Below, piece after piece: positions 28,733 to 37,439 of a stretch of DNA of 64,000 nucleotides. Numbering within the stretch: position 1 is the first letter of the stretch; the number at the start of each line of letters is the position of its first letter. Made by a program: the position numbers and the translations under genes. Origin of the DNA: a virus (Duplodnaviria; Caudoviricetes); IMG/VR virus record IMGVR_UViG_2600255093_000008, positions 1 through 64,000 of that record; one strand, written 5' to 3'. The notes under the pieces were generated by a model. The model saw nothing but the letters and a program-made list of their open reading frames with translations, was not told the DNA's origin and ran no database searches.

Positions 28733-29359
28733 TCAGTTTCGTTTGCGGGGTTTCCACTTCGCGTAGCGCCGAAATGTGCCCGCCATCTCGTCTTTACCTT
28801 TGTCCTGAATGTAATCGGCGAATATTGCAAAATCTGCCTGACAGTCGATTTGAAATTCCGGGTGCTCGTCCTTCGCCCACACTTTCAGTTTGTCTACCTT
28901 CGTGGGTTTGGGAGTGGGGTTGATGGCTACCTGACCAGAACTCAGGTGCAGTACCCCACCCCGTTTGAGCAGTGAACAGAATTCACACCACTCTCTATTC
29001 GCCAATTGGGTCAGTGTCAAAGCAACCACGACCAGCGCAAAAGAATGCCCGTCCGTGTTCGGTGGCGGTTGCCCGTTGCCGTGCGCTGTGATTTTAAAAT
29101 CGACATTCTGTGACCAAGTCGATTTTTTGGTTAGCGGACTTGCCTCAATGACACCGCCCGACGCCAAGAGATCCCCGCCGAGCGAATTGCCCATGTCATC
29201 GTAGAGTTTCCATGCCCAGTACGATAAATCCTGAAGATCGCGCTCTTCGCGGGCGGTTAACTCCTGCTCTGATCCGAACACTCGGTGCGTCAGATCGCTA
29301 ATCATCATCGCTGCGTACTGCGCGGTGTCCACATCGTCGCCACGAGGCTCGTCAGCCAT
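28733..29359 (-). CDS. Hypothetical protein; C-terminus resembles the TIGR02996 ADWL motif (FADYIQDKG)
   Basis: ORF with GAGAG RBS; weak motif resemblance only. Confidence 0.5.
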   Translation of the reverse strand: MADEPRGDDVDTAQYAAMMISDLTHRVFGSEQELTAREERDLQDLSYWAWKLYDDMGNSLGGDLLASGGVIEASPLTKKSTWSQNVDFKITAHGNGQPPPNTDGHSFALVVVALTLTQLANREWCEFCSLLKRGGVLHLSSGQVAINPTPKPTKVDKLKVWAKDEHPEFQIDCQADFAIFADYIQDKGKDEMAGTFRRYAKWKPRKRN

Positions 29360-29690
29360 CGGTCTGCTCTCTCAGAGTGATTGGGGACTGTCGGATCCTT
29401 ACCCCTCAAACACCCGCCCCTTTCACTCTTCTTAATTTTCATAAGCGCGTCTCGGAACAGCACATTTTCTTACTCAGCGCGTGCAATTCTGCACTTTCCA
29501 CCGCAAAGTTAGCCCCCACCCCTTTCTGAAAAGCATTTTGCTCTAACCAAAACTACTGTTTTCTCTCATTTTTGCCCAAAAAACTTCAATTTTCTGCAAA
29601 AAAGCAAGTTTTTGCCACCAATTTTCACCCAAAAAATAGCTCCAAACAAGCGGTTTTTCCAGTAATTATGAATTATCATACGTTTTTCAG

Positions 29691-29719
29691 TTGACAGTGC
29701 GAGTAATCTGTGATATAAT
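29691..29719 (+). promoter_or_regulatory. Consensus sigma70 promoter TTGACA-17-TATAAT with extended TG
   Basis: TTGACAgtgcgagtaatctgtgaTATAAT, 45 bp upstream of the DUF5131 gene. Confidence 0.85.
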
Positions 29720-29764
29720 TGCTTTAGTAAATAATAATAAATTGCAGAAAGGCAGGATTTTGAA

Positions 29765-30547
29765 ATGTCCGCAAAAAGTACGATCGAATGGTGCGACGCA
29801 ACATGGAATCCGGTAAGGGGGTGTACCAAGATTTCCCCCGGATGTGCCCATTGCTACGCGGAGACTTTTAGCGAAAGATTCCGGGGTGTTCCCGGGCACG
29901 CTTTTGAGCAAGGATTTGATTTGAAACTTGTGCCCAAAATGCTCAAAGCGCCTTTGACATGGGCAACCCCAACGATAATTTTTGTGAACTCGATGAGTGA
30001 CTTGTTCCACAAAGGCGTGCCTGAAAAATATATCGAGGAAGTTTGCTGGGTAATGCAGAAAGCCAACTGGCACACTTACCAAGTGCTAACTAAGCGATCG
30101 GAGCGAATGCGGGACTTCCTTCTAGCCCACCCCGAATTCGGCAAACTGAAGCATGTCTGGTGGGGTGTCTCGGTCGAGAATAAAAAGCACGGACTGCCAA
30201 GAATCGATCATCTCCGCGAAGCACCCGCAGTCACCAGATTCCTTTCAGTCGAACCACTTCTCGAAGACCTCGGAAAACTAAATCTAAAAGGGATTCACTG
30301 GGTAATCGCAGGTGGCGAGAGCGGACACGGTGCGCGACCGATGGAAGCGGATTGGGTGCGATCGATCCGTGAGCAGTGCGCAGCCAAAGGAGTGGATTTC
30401 TTTTTTAAGCAGTGGGGCGGGCGGCAAAAGAAAAAGACCGGTCGGACTCTCGACGGGCAGACCTACGACGCGATGCCTGAGCGAATCAGCCTGCCCGTGC
30501 TGTCGCGAAGCGAGCGAATGGAACTTATCGAAGAATTGAAAGTGTAG
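29765..30547 (+). CDS. DUF5131 / phage Gp37Gp68 family protein (radical SAM-like)
   Basis: IEWCDATWNPVRGCTKISPGCAHCYAE, IFVNSMSDLFH, FLSVEPLL, WVIAGGESG, FFFKQWGG. Confidence 0.93.
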   Translation: MSAKSTIEWCDATWNPVRGCTKISPGCAHCYAETFSERFRGVPGHAFEQGFDLKLVPKMLKAPLTWATPTIIFVNSMSDLFHKGVPEKYIEEVCWVMQKANWHTYQVLTKRSERMRDFLLAHPEFGKLKHVWWGVSVENKKHGLPRIDHLREAPAVTRFLSVEPLLEDLGKLNLKGIHWVIAGGESGHGARPMEADWVRSIREQCAAKGVDFFFKQWGGRQKKKTGRTLDGQTYDAMPERISLPVLSRSERMELIEELKV

Positions 30548-30558
30548 TGGAGTGAACA

Positions 30559-30582
30559 AAGGCCGCCCCAAAGGGCGGCCTT
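30559..30582. terminator. Hairpin terminator between convergent genes
   Basis: AAGGCCGCCC-caaa-GGGCGGCCTT. Confidence 0.7.
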
Positions 30583-30587
30583 CACTC

Positions 30588-30788
30588 TTAATTCGGCAAG
30601 TCGCTCGAACTGATGTGCAGCCAGCGCCCGCACCTGGGGCACGAGTAAAAGCGTATCAGCCCTCTCAAATCTAAGCGGATTTGGGTTAGTCGCGAAGGCT
30701 CATCGCAAGTCGGACACTCGTCCGACTCACGCAACTCAACCGTGTCATAGTAGCGCAAATAGTCCGGCAGGACTTTGGGCGTGGGCAT
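30588..30788 (-). CDS. Small Zn-ribbon protein
   Basis: CPTC...CPRC. Confidence 0.45.
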   Translation of the reverse strand: MPTPKVLPDYLRYYDTVELRESDECPTCDEPSRLTQIRLDLRGLIRFYSCPRCGRWLHISSSDLPN

Positions 30789-30898
30789 GGGGCGAATCGG
30801 GGCTGGAGCAGGGTGCGAGTCAGAAAATCCTACACTCTGTACTCCTGGAGTGCCCCCATTTATTTCAGGATCTGAATTTATTCTTTTCAGGAGCGTTG

Positions 30899-31312
30899 AT
30901 GTTCCCCGAAGCACGTACCGCCACGCTTGTGGTTAAGACTCGCCCTCTCGTGATTCCCCTGCCCGACACGGGAGCGGATAAGCGGCTTTGGTCGGCACTG
31001 CTTGACCTCGCAGACATTGCTCGAACTGCGATCAACCGTGACCAATCCGACCGGGCCACGGAAGCCATTCAGCAAGCCACGCGCGAGATCCGCCAATCAC
31101 TCGGTAGCCGCAATCCCGTCAGCGAAATTATCGACTTGCAGGAAGCAGCAGCGATTTGCCGTCTGTCGGTTCGCACGCTGCATAACCGGATGTGCGAAGA
31201 CCCTACCTGTCCGCGACTCCCGGGTAAGCACCCGACCTTCAACCGGGCTGCACTGGTGAAGTGGCGTGCGAATTTGCCCCTTCGCAAAAAGAAGAAAAAG
31301 AAGAAAGTCTGA
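30899..31312 (+). CDS. Excisionase-like HTH protein
   Basis: IIDLQEAAAICRLSVRTLHN...FNRAALVKW; directly upstream of integrase. Confidence 0.75.
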   Translation: MFPEARTATLVVKTRPLVIPLPDTGADKRLWSALLDLADIARTAINRDQSDRATEAIQQATREIRQSLGSRNPVSEIIDLQEAAAICRLSVRTLHNRMCEDPTCPRLPGKHPTFNRAALVKWRANLPLRKKKKKKKV

Positions 31313-31389
31313 CACCTCTTGGAACCGCAGAACGGTTCCATTCACTGGTTCCGGGGCAAAATCTTGAACTCTAAACGAAAGGAAATGAC

Positions 31390-32589
31390 ATGGCTCGTCC
31401 GGCTAAGAATGCGCTCCCCATCGGGGACACGGGAATTGAAGTGAGCGTTTCGCTCAAGCAACGCGGTGACATCTATTCCTGCAAGTTCCCGCACCCAACG
31501 ATTAAGGGCAAATACTGCGAAGTGACCACGGGACGGCGCAGTCAACACGAAGCGTGGGCGGCAGCGGCAAAGATCGTCCTGGAGATGTACCAACCGACCG
31601 TCAAACCCACCGCAAGGAATGTGACCTGGGAACAAGTGCTGGAGGAACTGTCATTTGCCAAAGGCATTCGAGCACGAACAATCGAACTTTACTCGAATAC
31701 AGTAAAAATTCTAAGAGTATTCGTTGAGACAGCGCGACCGATCGACATTTCCGAAGCCAAAGCGAACCGGTTCGCGGAACTCTATGCAAGCACCCCGTAC
31801 ACTCGCACGAAGGCAGAAGGTGCGAAGCAGTACACGCGCAGTGCGAAGACGGTAGACAACGCGATTCACTTCCTGTCTTGTCTGTGGACACGATTAAAAA
31901 AGATGGGGTATGTCAACTCTAACCCCTGGCAGAGTGTGCCCCGCCCGGATATTCCGAAAAAGCAACCGACTGCTCCGACAGAGCAAGAGTTCGCGGAGTT
32001 CTTCGCGTGGCTCGATGCCAAAGAATGGGAACTGATGAGCGTACTGCTTCGCTTGAAGTCACTTTCTGGCTGCCGTACCCTCGATGTCTGTTCGCTCGGA
32101 ACGAAGCACTTCGATCCGAAAGCCGGTGCAGTAATCATTCCTCCCGAGTTAGACAAGACGCACCGCGAACGGCTAATCCCGCTACCGCCCGACCTCGCCA
32201 AAAGAATAAATTTAATCAAAGGCAGAGTCTACCTCTGGGATCGGTACACCCCAGAAACGCAGCAGAGGGACGCGCGAGCAACGGACAAGTTTTACCCCAA
32301 ACTCCTCGCGATGGCGGTTCGCAGGCTGTTCCGGCGCTACTACATCGAGTGCCCTGAGCGTCCCCGCATTAAGCCACACGATTTCCGACGACGGGCAATC
32401 ACGCTTACCGTGAAGGCAACCGGTTCAGTGGACGCAGCAGCATCGGCACTCGGCGTCAGACCCGAAACTGCGATGCGGCATTACATCGACGCGGAGAAGG
32501 CATTCAAAGGTCAGGAACTGATGCGGAAGATGGCGGACATCCTATTGCCCCAAAACCCTGCCCCGATTGTCCCAGAACCCGAGAAGTGA
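31390..32589 (+). CDS. int: Tyrosine integrase of prophage A
   Basis: SGCRTLDV, KPHDFRR, AMRHY; about 360 bp from att. Confidence 0.92.
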   Translation: MARPAKNALPIGDTGIEVSVSLKQRGDIYSCKFPHPTIKGKYCEVTTGRRSQHEAWAAAAKIVLEMYQPTVKPTARNVTWEQVLEELSFAKGIRARTIELYSNTVKILRVFVETARPIDISEAKANRFAELYASTPYTRTKAEGAKQYTRSAKTVDNAIHFLSCLWTRLKKMGYVNSNPWQSVPRPDIPKKQPTAPTEQEFAEFFAWLDAKEWELMSVLLRLKSLSGCRTLDVCSLGTKHFDPKAGAVIIPPELDKTHRERLIPLPPDLAKRINLIKGRVYLWDRYTPETQQRDARATDKFYPKLLAMAVRRLFRRYYIECPERPRIKPHDFRRRAITLTVKATGSVDAAASALGVRPETAMRHYIDAEKAFKGQELMRKMADILLPQNPAPIVPEPEK

Positions 32590-32620
32590 AAAGGGACGGG
32601 AAAAGCTCTGAACAGAAACG

Positions 32621-32650
32621 AAACAGCCCCGGAGAATTCCGGGGCTGTTT
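32621..32650. terminator. Bidirectional hairpin terminator
   Basis: AAACAGCCCCGGA-gaat-TCCGGGGCTGTTT. Confidence 0.8.
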
Positions 32651-32655
32651 CTAAT

Positions 32656-32907
32656 TTAAACCGTGCCTATCGAATTCTTGAATCGCTCCAGTGCCGCGAC
32701 TTTTTCTTCCAAAGCCTGTACTTTTTGAGCAATTGCCGTGTGGAATCGAAGCTGTACAGCCTTCTCTTGCTCAAAAGCAGCGAGTATCGCATCCAGTGCT
32801 TGGTTAAGTTTTTCAGATGTGCCAGCGTCAGCAAGCAGCGAAGCGAGTTGTGCACGGTCCAAGGCGATTCCCCAAAGAGAGAGTTTGGAGACAGCATTCT
32901 GGGACAA
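32656..32907 (-). CDS. Hypothetical coiled-coil protein next to att
   Basis: ORF only; overlaps the putative arm sites. Confidence 0.35.
   Translation of the reverse strand: MSQNAVSKLSLWGIALDRAQLASLLADAGTSEKLNQALDAILAAFEQEKAVQLRFHTAIAQKVQALEEKVAALERFKNSIGTV
32883..32906 (+). promoter_or_regulatory. Putative integrase arm-type sites (GTTTGGAGACA, ATTCTGGGACA)
   Basis: Matches the 8362 pair at the other end of prophage A. Confidence 0.55.
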
Positions 32908-32951
32908 TTGGCTGCCCCAGAATCCGAAGCGTTGCGAAAGTGCTCTTTCCT

Positions 32952-32996
32952 AGGGTGACTGACGGGATTTGAACCCGCGACTTCCAGATCCACAAT
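32952..32996 (-). repeat. att site: 3' half of tRNA-His(GUG), copy 2
   Basis: Identical 45 bp to 8180-8224; 5' half absent. Confidence 0.92.
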
Positions 32997-33139
32997 GTAG
33001 CACGTTGTTGGCGCAAGTCGTTTCAGCATCAAGCCTTTCGACACGTCCTGTATACGCTTGCGTACTACTTGCGTAAAGACCTGTTCCGGACGTGGTAGAA
33101 TGTATCCATCGGTACACCCCTGCCACCGGAACCCCACGC

Positions 33140-33712
33140 ATGCCCGCAACCAGGAAGCGGCAGCCCAAATCCGCGCACACACCCGATCCCGACGCACCAA
33201 CGCCCCGTGAATTGAGACTCGACGCGGCCGATCACGTCGCGTGGGCCAAATCCCGCGCTCGTGGGGTGCGTGCCGACTTCGGTTTCCTGGAGGGGTCCGC
33301 GGAGGAAGAGGAGCTGGAGTCCGTCGCCCTGGCCGCGCTGGTGCGACTGATTGACCGGTTCGACGAGTCCCGTTTGCCGCCCGGTGGTGATCTGGCCAAG
33401 GCGTTCCGGGGCGCGTCCAGCACTGCGATCCGCTCGGAGTGCCGGCGCGCGGGTGAGCAGCTCCGCAACGGCGGGACGTACCGCACGAAGCAGGGCGGGT
33501 ATCTGGTCGTCGGCGGTCTGCCGGTGAATGCCGACGGCGAAGAGGAAGTGACCGATCCCGTCTCGCTCGAAGAGGACGACCACGACGGGTCATTGATCGC
33601 TGAGCCGGCAGTGTTCGCCAAGGCGCGCACCGGGACCGGGCCGAACGCCGTGGCGCAGCCCGGGGACACTCGCGCGCGGTTTGCGGCCCTGCTCGCGCAA
33701 CTGAGGGGCTAG
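33140..33712 (+). CDS. Truncated sigma70-family factor (region 2 present, no region 4)
   Basis: DHVAWAKSRARGV...EEEELESVALAALVRLIDRFDESR...FRGASSTAIRSECRRA resembles region 2; acidic VSLEE segment, no C-terminal HTH. Confidence 0.6.
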   Translation: MPATRKRQPKSAHTPDPDAPTPRELRLDAADHVAWAKSRARGVRADFGFLEGSAEEEELESVALAALVRLIDRFDESRLPPGGDLAKAFRGASSTAIRSECRRAGEQLRNGGTYRTKQGGYLVVGGLPVNADGEEEVTDPVSLEEDDHDGSLIAEPAVFAKARTGTGPNAVAQPGDTRARFAALLAQLRG

Positions 33713-33999
33713 GACTTCTTCCGGCGCGCAGGCTTCTCCGGATCGGGCGGCGCATCGGGTAACGGCGGATCAGCCGGCGGCATTGGCGGGGGGTTGTCCA
33801 TGTGCCGCCGCAACGCCCGCTCAATCACGTAGGTAAGCGTCTGACCCCGCGACTCTGTGAACGCACGCACCTCGCTCAACAACTTCGGGTCGAGAATCAC
33901 GTTGATCTGGCCGGATCGGTCTTTTACTGGCACTTCCACACTCCCTGTGTACTCCCGCGACCGACGCGGGCTAAGGCCATCATACCCGACTTTTTCCAC
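33709..33999 (-). CDS. Ribbon-helix-helix (CopG/Arc-like) regulator
   Basis: QINVILDPKLLSEVRAFTESRGQTLTYVIERALRRHM. Confidence 0.8.
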   Translation of the reverse strand: MEKVGYDGLSPRRSREYTGSVEVPVKDRSGQINVILDPKLLSEVRAFTESRGQTLTYVIERALRRHMDNPPPMPPADPPLPDAPPDPEKPARRKKS

Positions 34000-34002
34000 G
34001 GG

Positions 34003-34054
34003 TCTAGATTTTTTCTAGATTCCGGTTGACATGGATCTAGATCGGGTATAGATT
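34003..34054 (+). promoter_or_regulatory. Sigma70 promoter (TTGACA-17-TAGATT) overlapped by three TCTAGA palindromes
   Basis: TCTAGA at 34003, 34014 and 34036; TTGACA at 34026; divergent from the RHH gene. Confidence 0.75.
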
Positions 34055-34096
34055 ACAAGTGTGACGCGAACGAGACACCTGACCTGGAGAGACGAG

Positions 34097-34282
34097 ATGA
34101 CTGCGACAACGACCTTCTTCGCCTACCGCATCCAAAACGGGCAACGGCACTTCTTCGAGTTCGAGCGGTGCGACACCTGGAATAGCCGCGAAGAGTTAAT
34201 GGCCGCGATCGAGAAGTGGAAGAAGACCGTGCCTGAAAACTACGCGGCCCGGGTCACCTTCGAGATTCACCAGGACAACTGA
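34097..34282 (+). CDS. Small hypothetical protein
   Basis: GGAGA RBS; first gene after the promoter. Confidence 0.6.
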   Translation: MTATTTFFAYRIQNGQRHFFEFERCDTWNSREELMAAIEKWKKTVPENYAARVTFEIHQDN

Positions 34283-34341
34283 GCGACACACCGGGGCGGG
34301 TCGCAGTGACCCGCCCTCCCTCACCCGAACCGGATTAGCCC

Positions 34342-34650
34342 ATGCCGATGGCCACTATCGCAATGACCCGCGACGCAGCCTACATCGTCGTCGCATTCCG
34401 CCCGAAGTCCGAGCCGTTGCCCGAAGGATTCGCCGAATTCACTGAGTCGAAAAACACCGTGCAGTACGCGGAGGGGCACCGGTTCGCGGGCCAACTGGAG
34501 ATGGTCGCGGTGAAGCTGATGAAGGACGGGCGAGGCGATCCGGACCTGATGCCGATGCTCACTGCCGCCGACTGGCTCCGGGATCGCGGATGGACCATCG
34601 AGCCAGAAGGGTGGTGCAAGTTGGTGATGCAGGAGATCGGAGCGGCCTGA
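34342..34650 (+). CDS. Small hypothetical protein
   Basis: ORF in the accessory operon. Confidence 0.6.
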   Translation: MPMATIAMTRDAAYIVVAFRPKSEPLPEGFAEFTESKNTVQYAEGHRFAGQLEMVAVKLMKDGRGDPDLMPMLTAADWLRDRGWTIEPEGWCKLVMQEIGAA

Positions 34651-34728
34651 TTCAAACGACGCGGGGCGGGGAGTGCTGCTAACACCTCCCGCCCCACTTC
34701 TCAAACCCTGTTCAGGAGGGATCGAGCC

Positions 34729-35076
34729 ATGACAGTGTACACGGAACTACTGCCCCCCACCAAGTCGGAGAAGCACGGCGCCCTGAAGTGGGAGCCGGCC
34801 ACCGACAACGCGACCAGCCCCTTTGCCGGCGTGCTCACGCTGACCGGCCGACGCGACCACTGCCGGTATCGCGTCGAAGAGCATCCCGCCGACGAACCAG
34901 GCCGGGCGTTCGTGCTGTGGAAGCTCGACGCTGGCACCGACCGCACCGAAGAACGGTACGGGTGCTTCGTCGCGAAGAACAACGCTCACCTGTGCGAGTG
35001 CCGGGGGTTCACCGCAACCCGACACTGCAAACACCTCGCGGGCCTCACCGAACTCGTGGGAGCGAAGAAACTGTGA
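34729..35076 (+). CDS. SWIM zinc-finger protein
   Basis: CECRGF...HCKHL; AGGAGG RBS. Confidence 0.8.
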   Translation: MTVYTELLPPTKSEKHGALKWEPATDNATSPFAGVLTLTGRRDHCRYRVEEHPADEPGRAFVLWKLDAGTDRTEERYGCFVAKNNAHLCECRGFTATRHCKHLAGLTELVGAKKL

Positions 35077-35219
35077 TCCAGTACCTACACGCCCTGGTGG
35101 GTTTCGTTGGGTCCGTCGGATGGTTCGTATGGTTCGCGATCGCCTCTGTCTGGCACGTGCTCTGGCCGATGGTCGGCGGGGCCTTTCTCTGGGAGGCCGT
35201 TCGGAACCGGAAGTGGTAG
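35073..35219 (+). CDS. Small hydrophobic membrane peptide
   Basis: GTGA overlap with the upstream gene; MIQYLHALVGFVGSVGWFVWFAIA... Confidence 0.45.
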   Translation: MIQYLHALVGFVGSVGWFVWFAIASVWHVLWPMVGGAFLWEAVRNRKW

Positions 35220-35285
35220 ATCGCTGTCGAACTAATTGCGGGGCGGATCAACGCCCCTTTACCTCACACTAAACGAGTCACTCAC

Positions 35286-35582
35286 ATGATTTTCTCAATC
35301 ACGCACGCCACCTGGCAACAACTCCGCGTTCTGGTCCGCGCAAAGGGCAAGCCCGTCCTCGGGCGCGATATCCGGATCGTGCCAACGCGCCTCACCAAAA
35401 CGGGCGAGTTTCTCGACGAACTGGTCGAGGCGGGGTTGATCGTCCGGGCTGAAGGGAAGCTCGCCACAGGTCGCGAGCCGGAACAGTTCCGCGCGAGTTA
35501 CACGCTGACCGAGAAGGGGAAACATGCCGCAGAGTACGGCGAATATGAGCGGGTACGAGAGCCGCAGCAGACTGCCGGCTGA
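35286..35582 (+). CDS. Winged-helix-like hypothetical protein
   Basis: FLDELVEAGLIVR...YTLTEKGK. Confidence 0.6.
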   Translation: MIFSITHATWQQLRVLVRAKGKPVLGRDIRIVPTRLTKTGEFLDELVEAGLIVRAEGKLATGREPEQFRASYTLTEKGKHAAEYGEYERVREPQQTAG

Positions 35583-35777
35583 CGCAAGATGCGTCCCCGA
35601 TTGCCCCTTCTCTCACGGGGAGGGGAGTAACCCCGCCTCACGCACGGACGCGATGGGCGGGGTGATTTATTTGGTTTTTCTTGGTTGATTTTAGTTGATA
35701 CGGCGGTATTATACCTGTGTCGGAGCAAACGCCCGACAGGTGCCCGGGCCTTCCGGGACTCCCAACAAGGGAAGACG

Positions 35778-36089
35778 ATGGTCGAAGTAGATGTGCTCAT
35801 CCCGACGGCCGACAACGCGGGCCTGATGTTCCTGCCCGCTCACCACGCGATCTTCGAGCAATTCGTGCTCGCCCTGTTCCCCGGCTTCTCGCTTCAGCCC
35901 GGTACGGTGTCCGGTGCCTGGACCGACGCGGGAACCGTGTACCGCGACGAACTGCGAGTGTACACGCTCCGCGTGTCCGGCCTCATCGCCAACGGCCCCG
36001 CTCTCCGCGAGGTGATCGACTTCGCGAAATCCCACTACGCACAACTGGCCCTCTACGCCCGCTACCTGAACGTGTCCGAAATCCTCTGA
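35778..36089 (+). CDS. Small ferredoxin-fold-like hypothetical protein (possible toxin)
   Basis: VDVLIPTADNAG...SGAWTDAGTVYRDELRVY; AAGGGAAG RBS; own promoter-like TTGATA...TATTAT upstream. Confidence 0.55.
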   Translation: MVEVDVLIPTADNAGLMFLPAHHAIFEQFVLALFPGFSLQPGTVSGAWTDAGTVYRDELRVYTLRVSGLIANGPALREVIDFAKSHYAQLALYARYLNVSEIL

Positions 36090-36135
36090 TCCGACTCGCT
36101 CCCCCGGTGAAGACCGGGGGAGCTTCAACCCTGGG

Positions 36136-36936
36136 GTGAGTACCATGAATCGCTACGAACTGCTCTCCGGAGAAGTGGTGGAGTACGACACTCTACCAGC
36201 CCCGCTCGCCGCGTTCTTGACCCGTGTTCAGTCGGCCGCGAGTGACCTCGCCGTATCACCGGCCGCACTCCTGGCCCTGGTGTACGGCGTCGAAAACCCG
36301 CTGCTCGACACCACCACCGCTCCGGGCCGAGCGATCGTGAACGCGACCGCCTTCGCTCACCCCGTCTACAAGGTGCTCGGCGACCTGGTGGGGCGTAAGC
36401 AACTCGCAGCACTCAACCAGTCTCCCGAGCAGGTTGTTGCCGCGTACACGCTCACGGTGAAGGCCGCGGCCGAGCGGATCGGGCTGAGCGAAACCGCGAC
36501 CAGGACCGCGATCCAGGGCGGGAAACTGGACGCGATGAAGCGGAACGGGGAATGGTACGTGCGGCCCGAATCGGTCGATTCCTACAAGGTCAGCAACCGC
36601 GGGCGGAAGAAGGCGGTCCCCGCGGCGGTGCGGGTGAGGTGCGGCGGCGCGGACGGGGTAAGCCTGTCCGTGCGGCTCGCGGGCGGGGAACTGGTCGCCG
36701 AGGGCAAGGACGGAGGAGCTGTCGTCGGTCGATTCCCGGACGGGTGGACCGCCGCGGCCGTGAAGACGACCACCAAGACCGGCGCCCGCGTGTTCGAGAT
36801 CGAGCCGGAGGCGGGTACCGAGGAAGTGGTCGAGTTCGGCGAGTTCGAGGTACGCGGGCCGTTCAAGGTCGTGAAGAAGCACAACGCAACGAAGGTCGCG
36901 GCCGAGGTGTGGAAGAAATACGCGGCCGAAGCGTAG
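36136..36936 (+). CDS. Multi-domain protein with central excisionase/MerR-like HTH
   Basis: LTVKAAAERIGLSETATRTAIQGGKLDAMKRNGEWYVRPESV. Confidence 0.7.
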   Translation: MSTMNRYELLSGEVVEYDTLPAPLAAFLTRVQSAASDLAVSPAALLALVYGVENPLLDTTTAPGRAIVNATAFAHPVYKVLGDLVGRKQLAALNQSPEQVVAAYTLTVKAAAERIGLSETATRTAIQGGKLDAMKRNGEWYVRPESVDSYKVSNRGRKKAVPAAVRVRCGGADGVSLSVRLAGGELVAEGKDGGAVVGRFPDGWTAAAVKTTTKTGARVFEIEPEAGTEEVVEFGEFEVRGPFKVVKKHNATKVAAEVWKKYAAEA

Positions 36937-37244
36937 CAGCGGGCCAACGGATCGGCTCTAATGTCTGCGGCTGAAAGGCTCGCCCGGTGACGGGGGCGTT
37001 AGGCGACACATTCACGAGTCGCAAGCTCGAACGTATCAGTAGCCGCTGTCATGGGGTAAGGCGTGAGTACCCTGCGGCCGGGCGGTCGCGACCACGTCTG
37101 CCGGAGCGCCCCACCCTGGAGCGGCTCCGGCCTCTGCCCGGCGGCCGGGCACAAGGGGAAACCCAGCCGCATTGTTACGATCAAAATACAGACGGCCCGC
37201 GGGAGCACTCCCGCGGGCCGGCCTCATTACTGCTCGTCTTTCAC

Positions 37245-37439
37245 TCACGCCGGAAGCAGCGTCTTAAACAGTTCGAGCGCGAGGTCATCTAACGGTGTGG
37301 GCGTGGCCTTCACCACGAACGCCAGCGCCGGCCCGTGAATCAGTCTGCGGATGAACGCCTGGCCGTCCGCGCTCGCCACCTGACCGGCCTGCACTCGCGC
37401 GGCCACTTTCTCGACCAGATCCAGCAATGCACTATTCAT
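37245..37439 (-). CDS. Small hypothetical protein at end of late operon
   Basis: MNSALLDLVEK...TPTPLDDLALELFK; start uncertain. Confidence 0.45.
   Translation of the reverse strand: MNSALLDLVEKVAARVQAGQVASADGQAFIRRLIHGPALAFVVKATPTPLDDLALELFKTLLPA

Larger units (their letters stand above)
8180..32996 (+). mobile_element. Prophage A: about 24.8 kb HK97-like siphoprophage bounded by tRNA-His att repeats
   Basis: 45-bp direct repeats at both ends; terminase-portal-protease-capsid-tail module; xis/int next to the right att. Confidence 0.92.
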
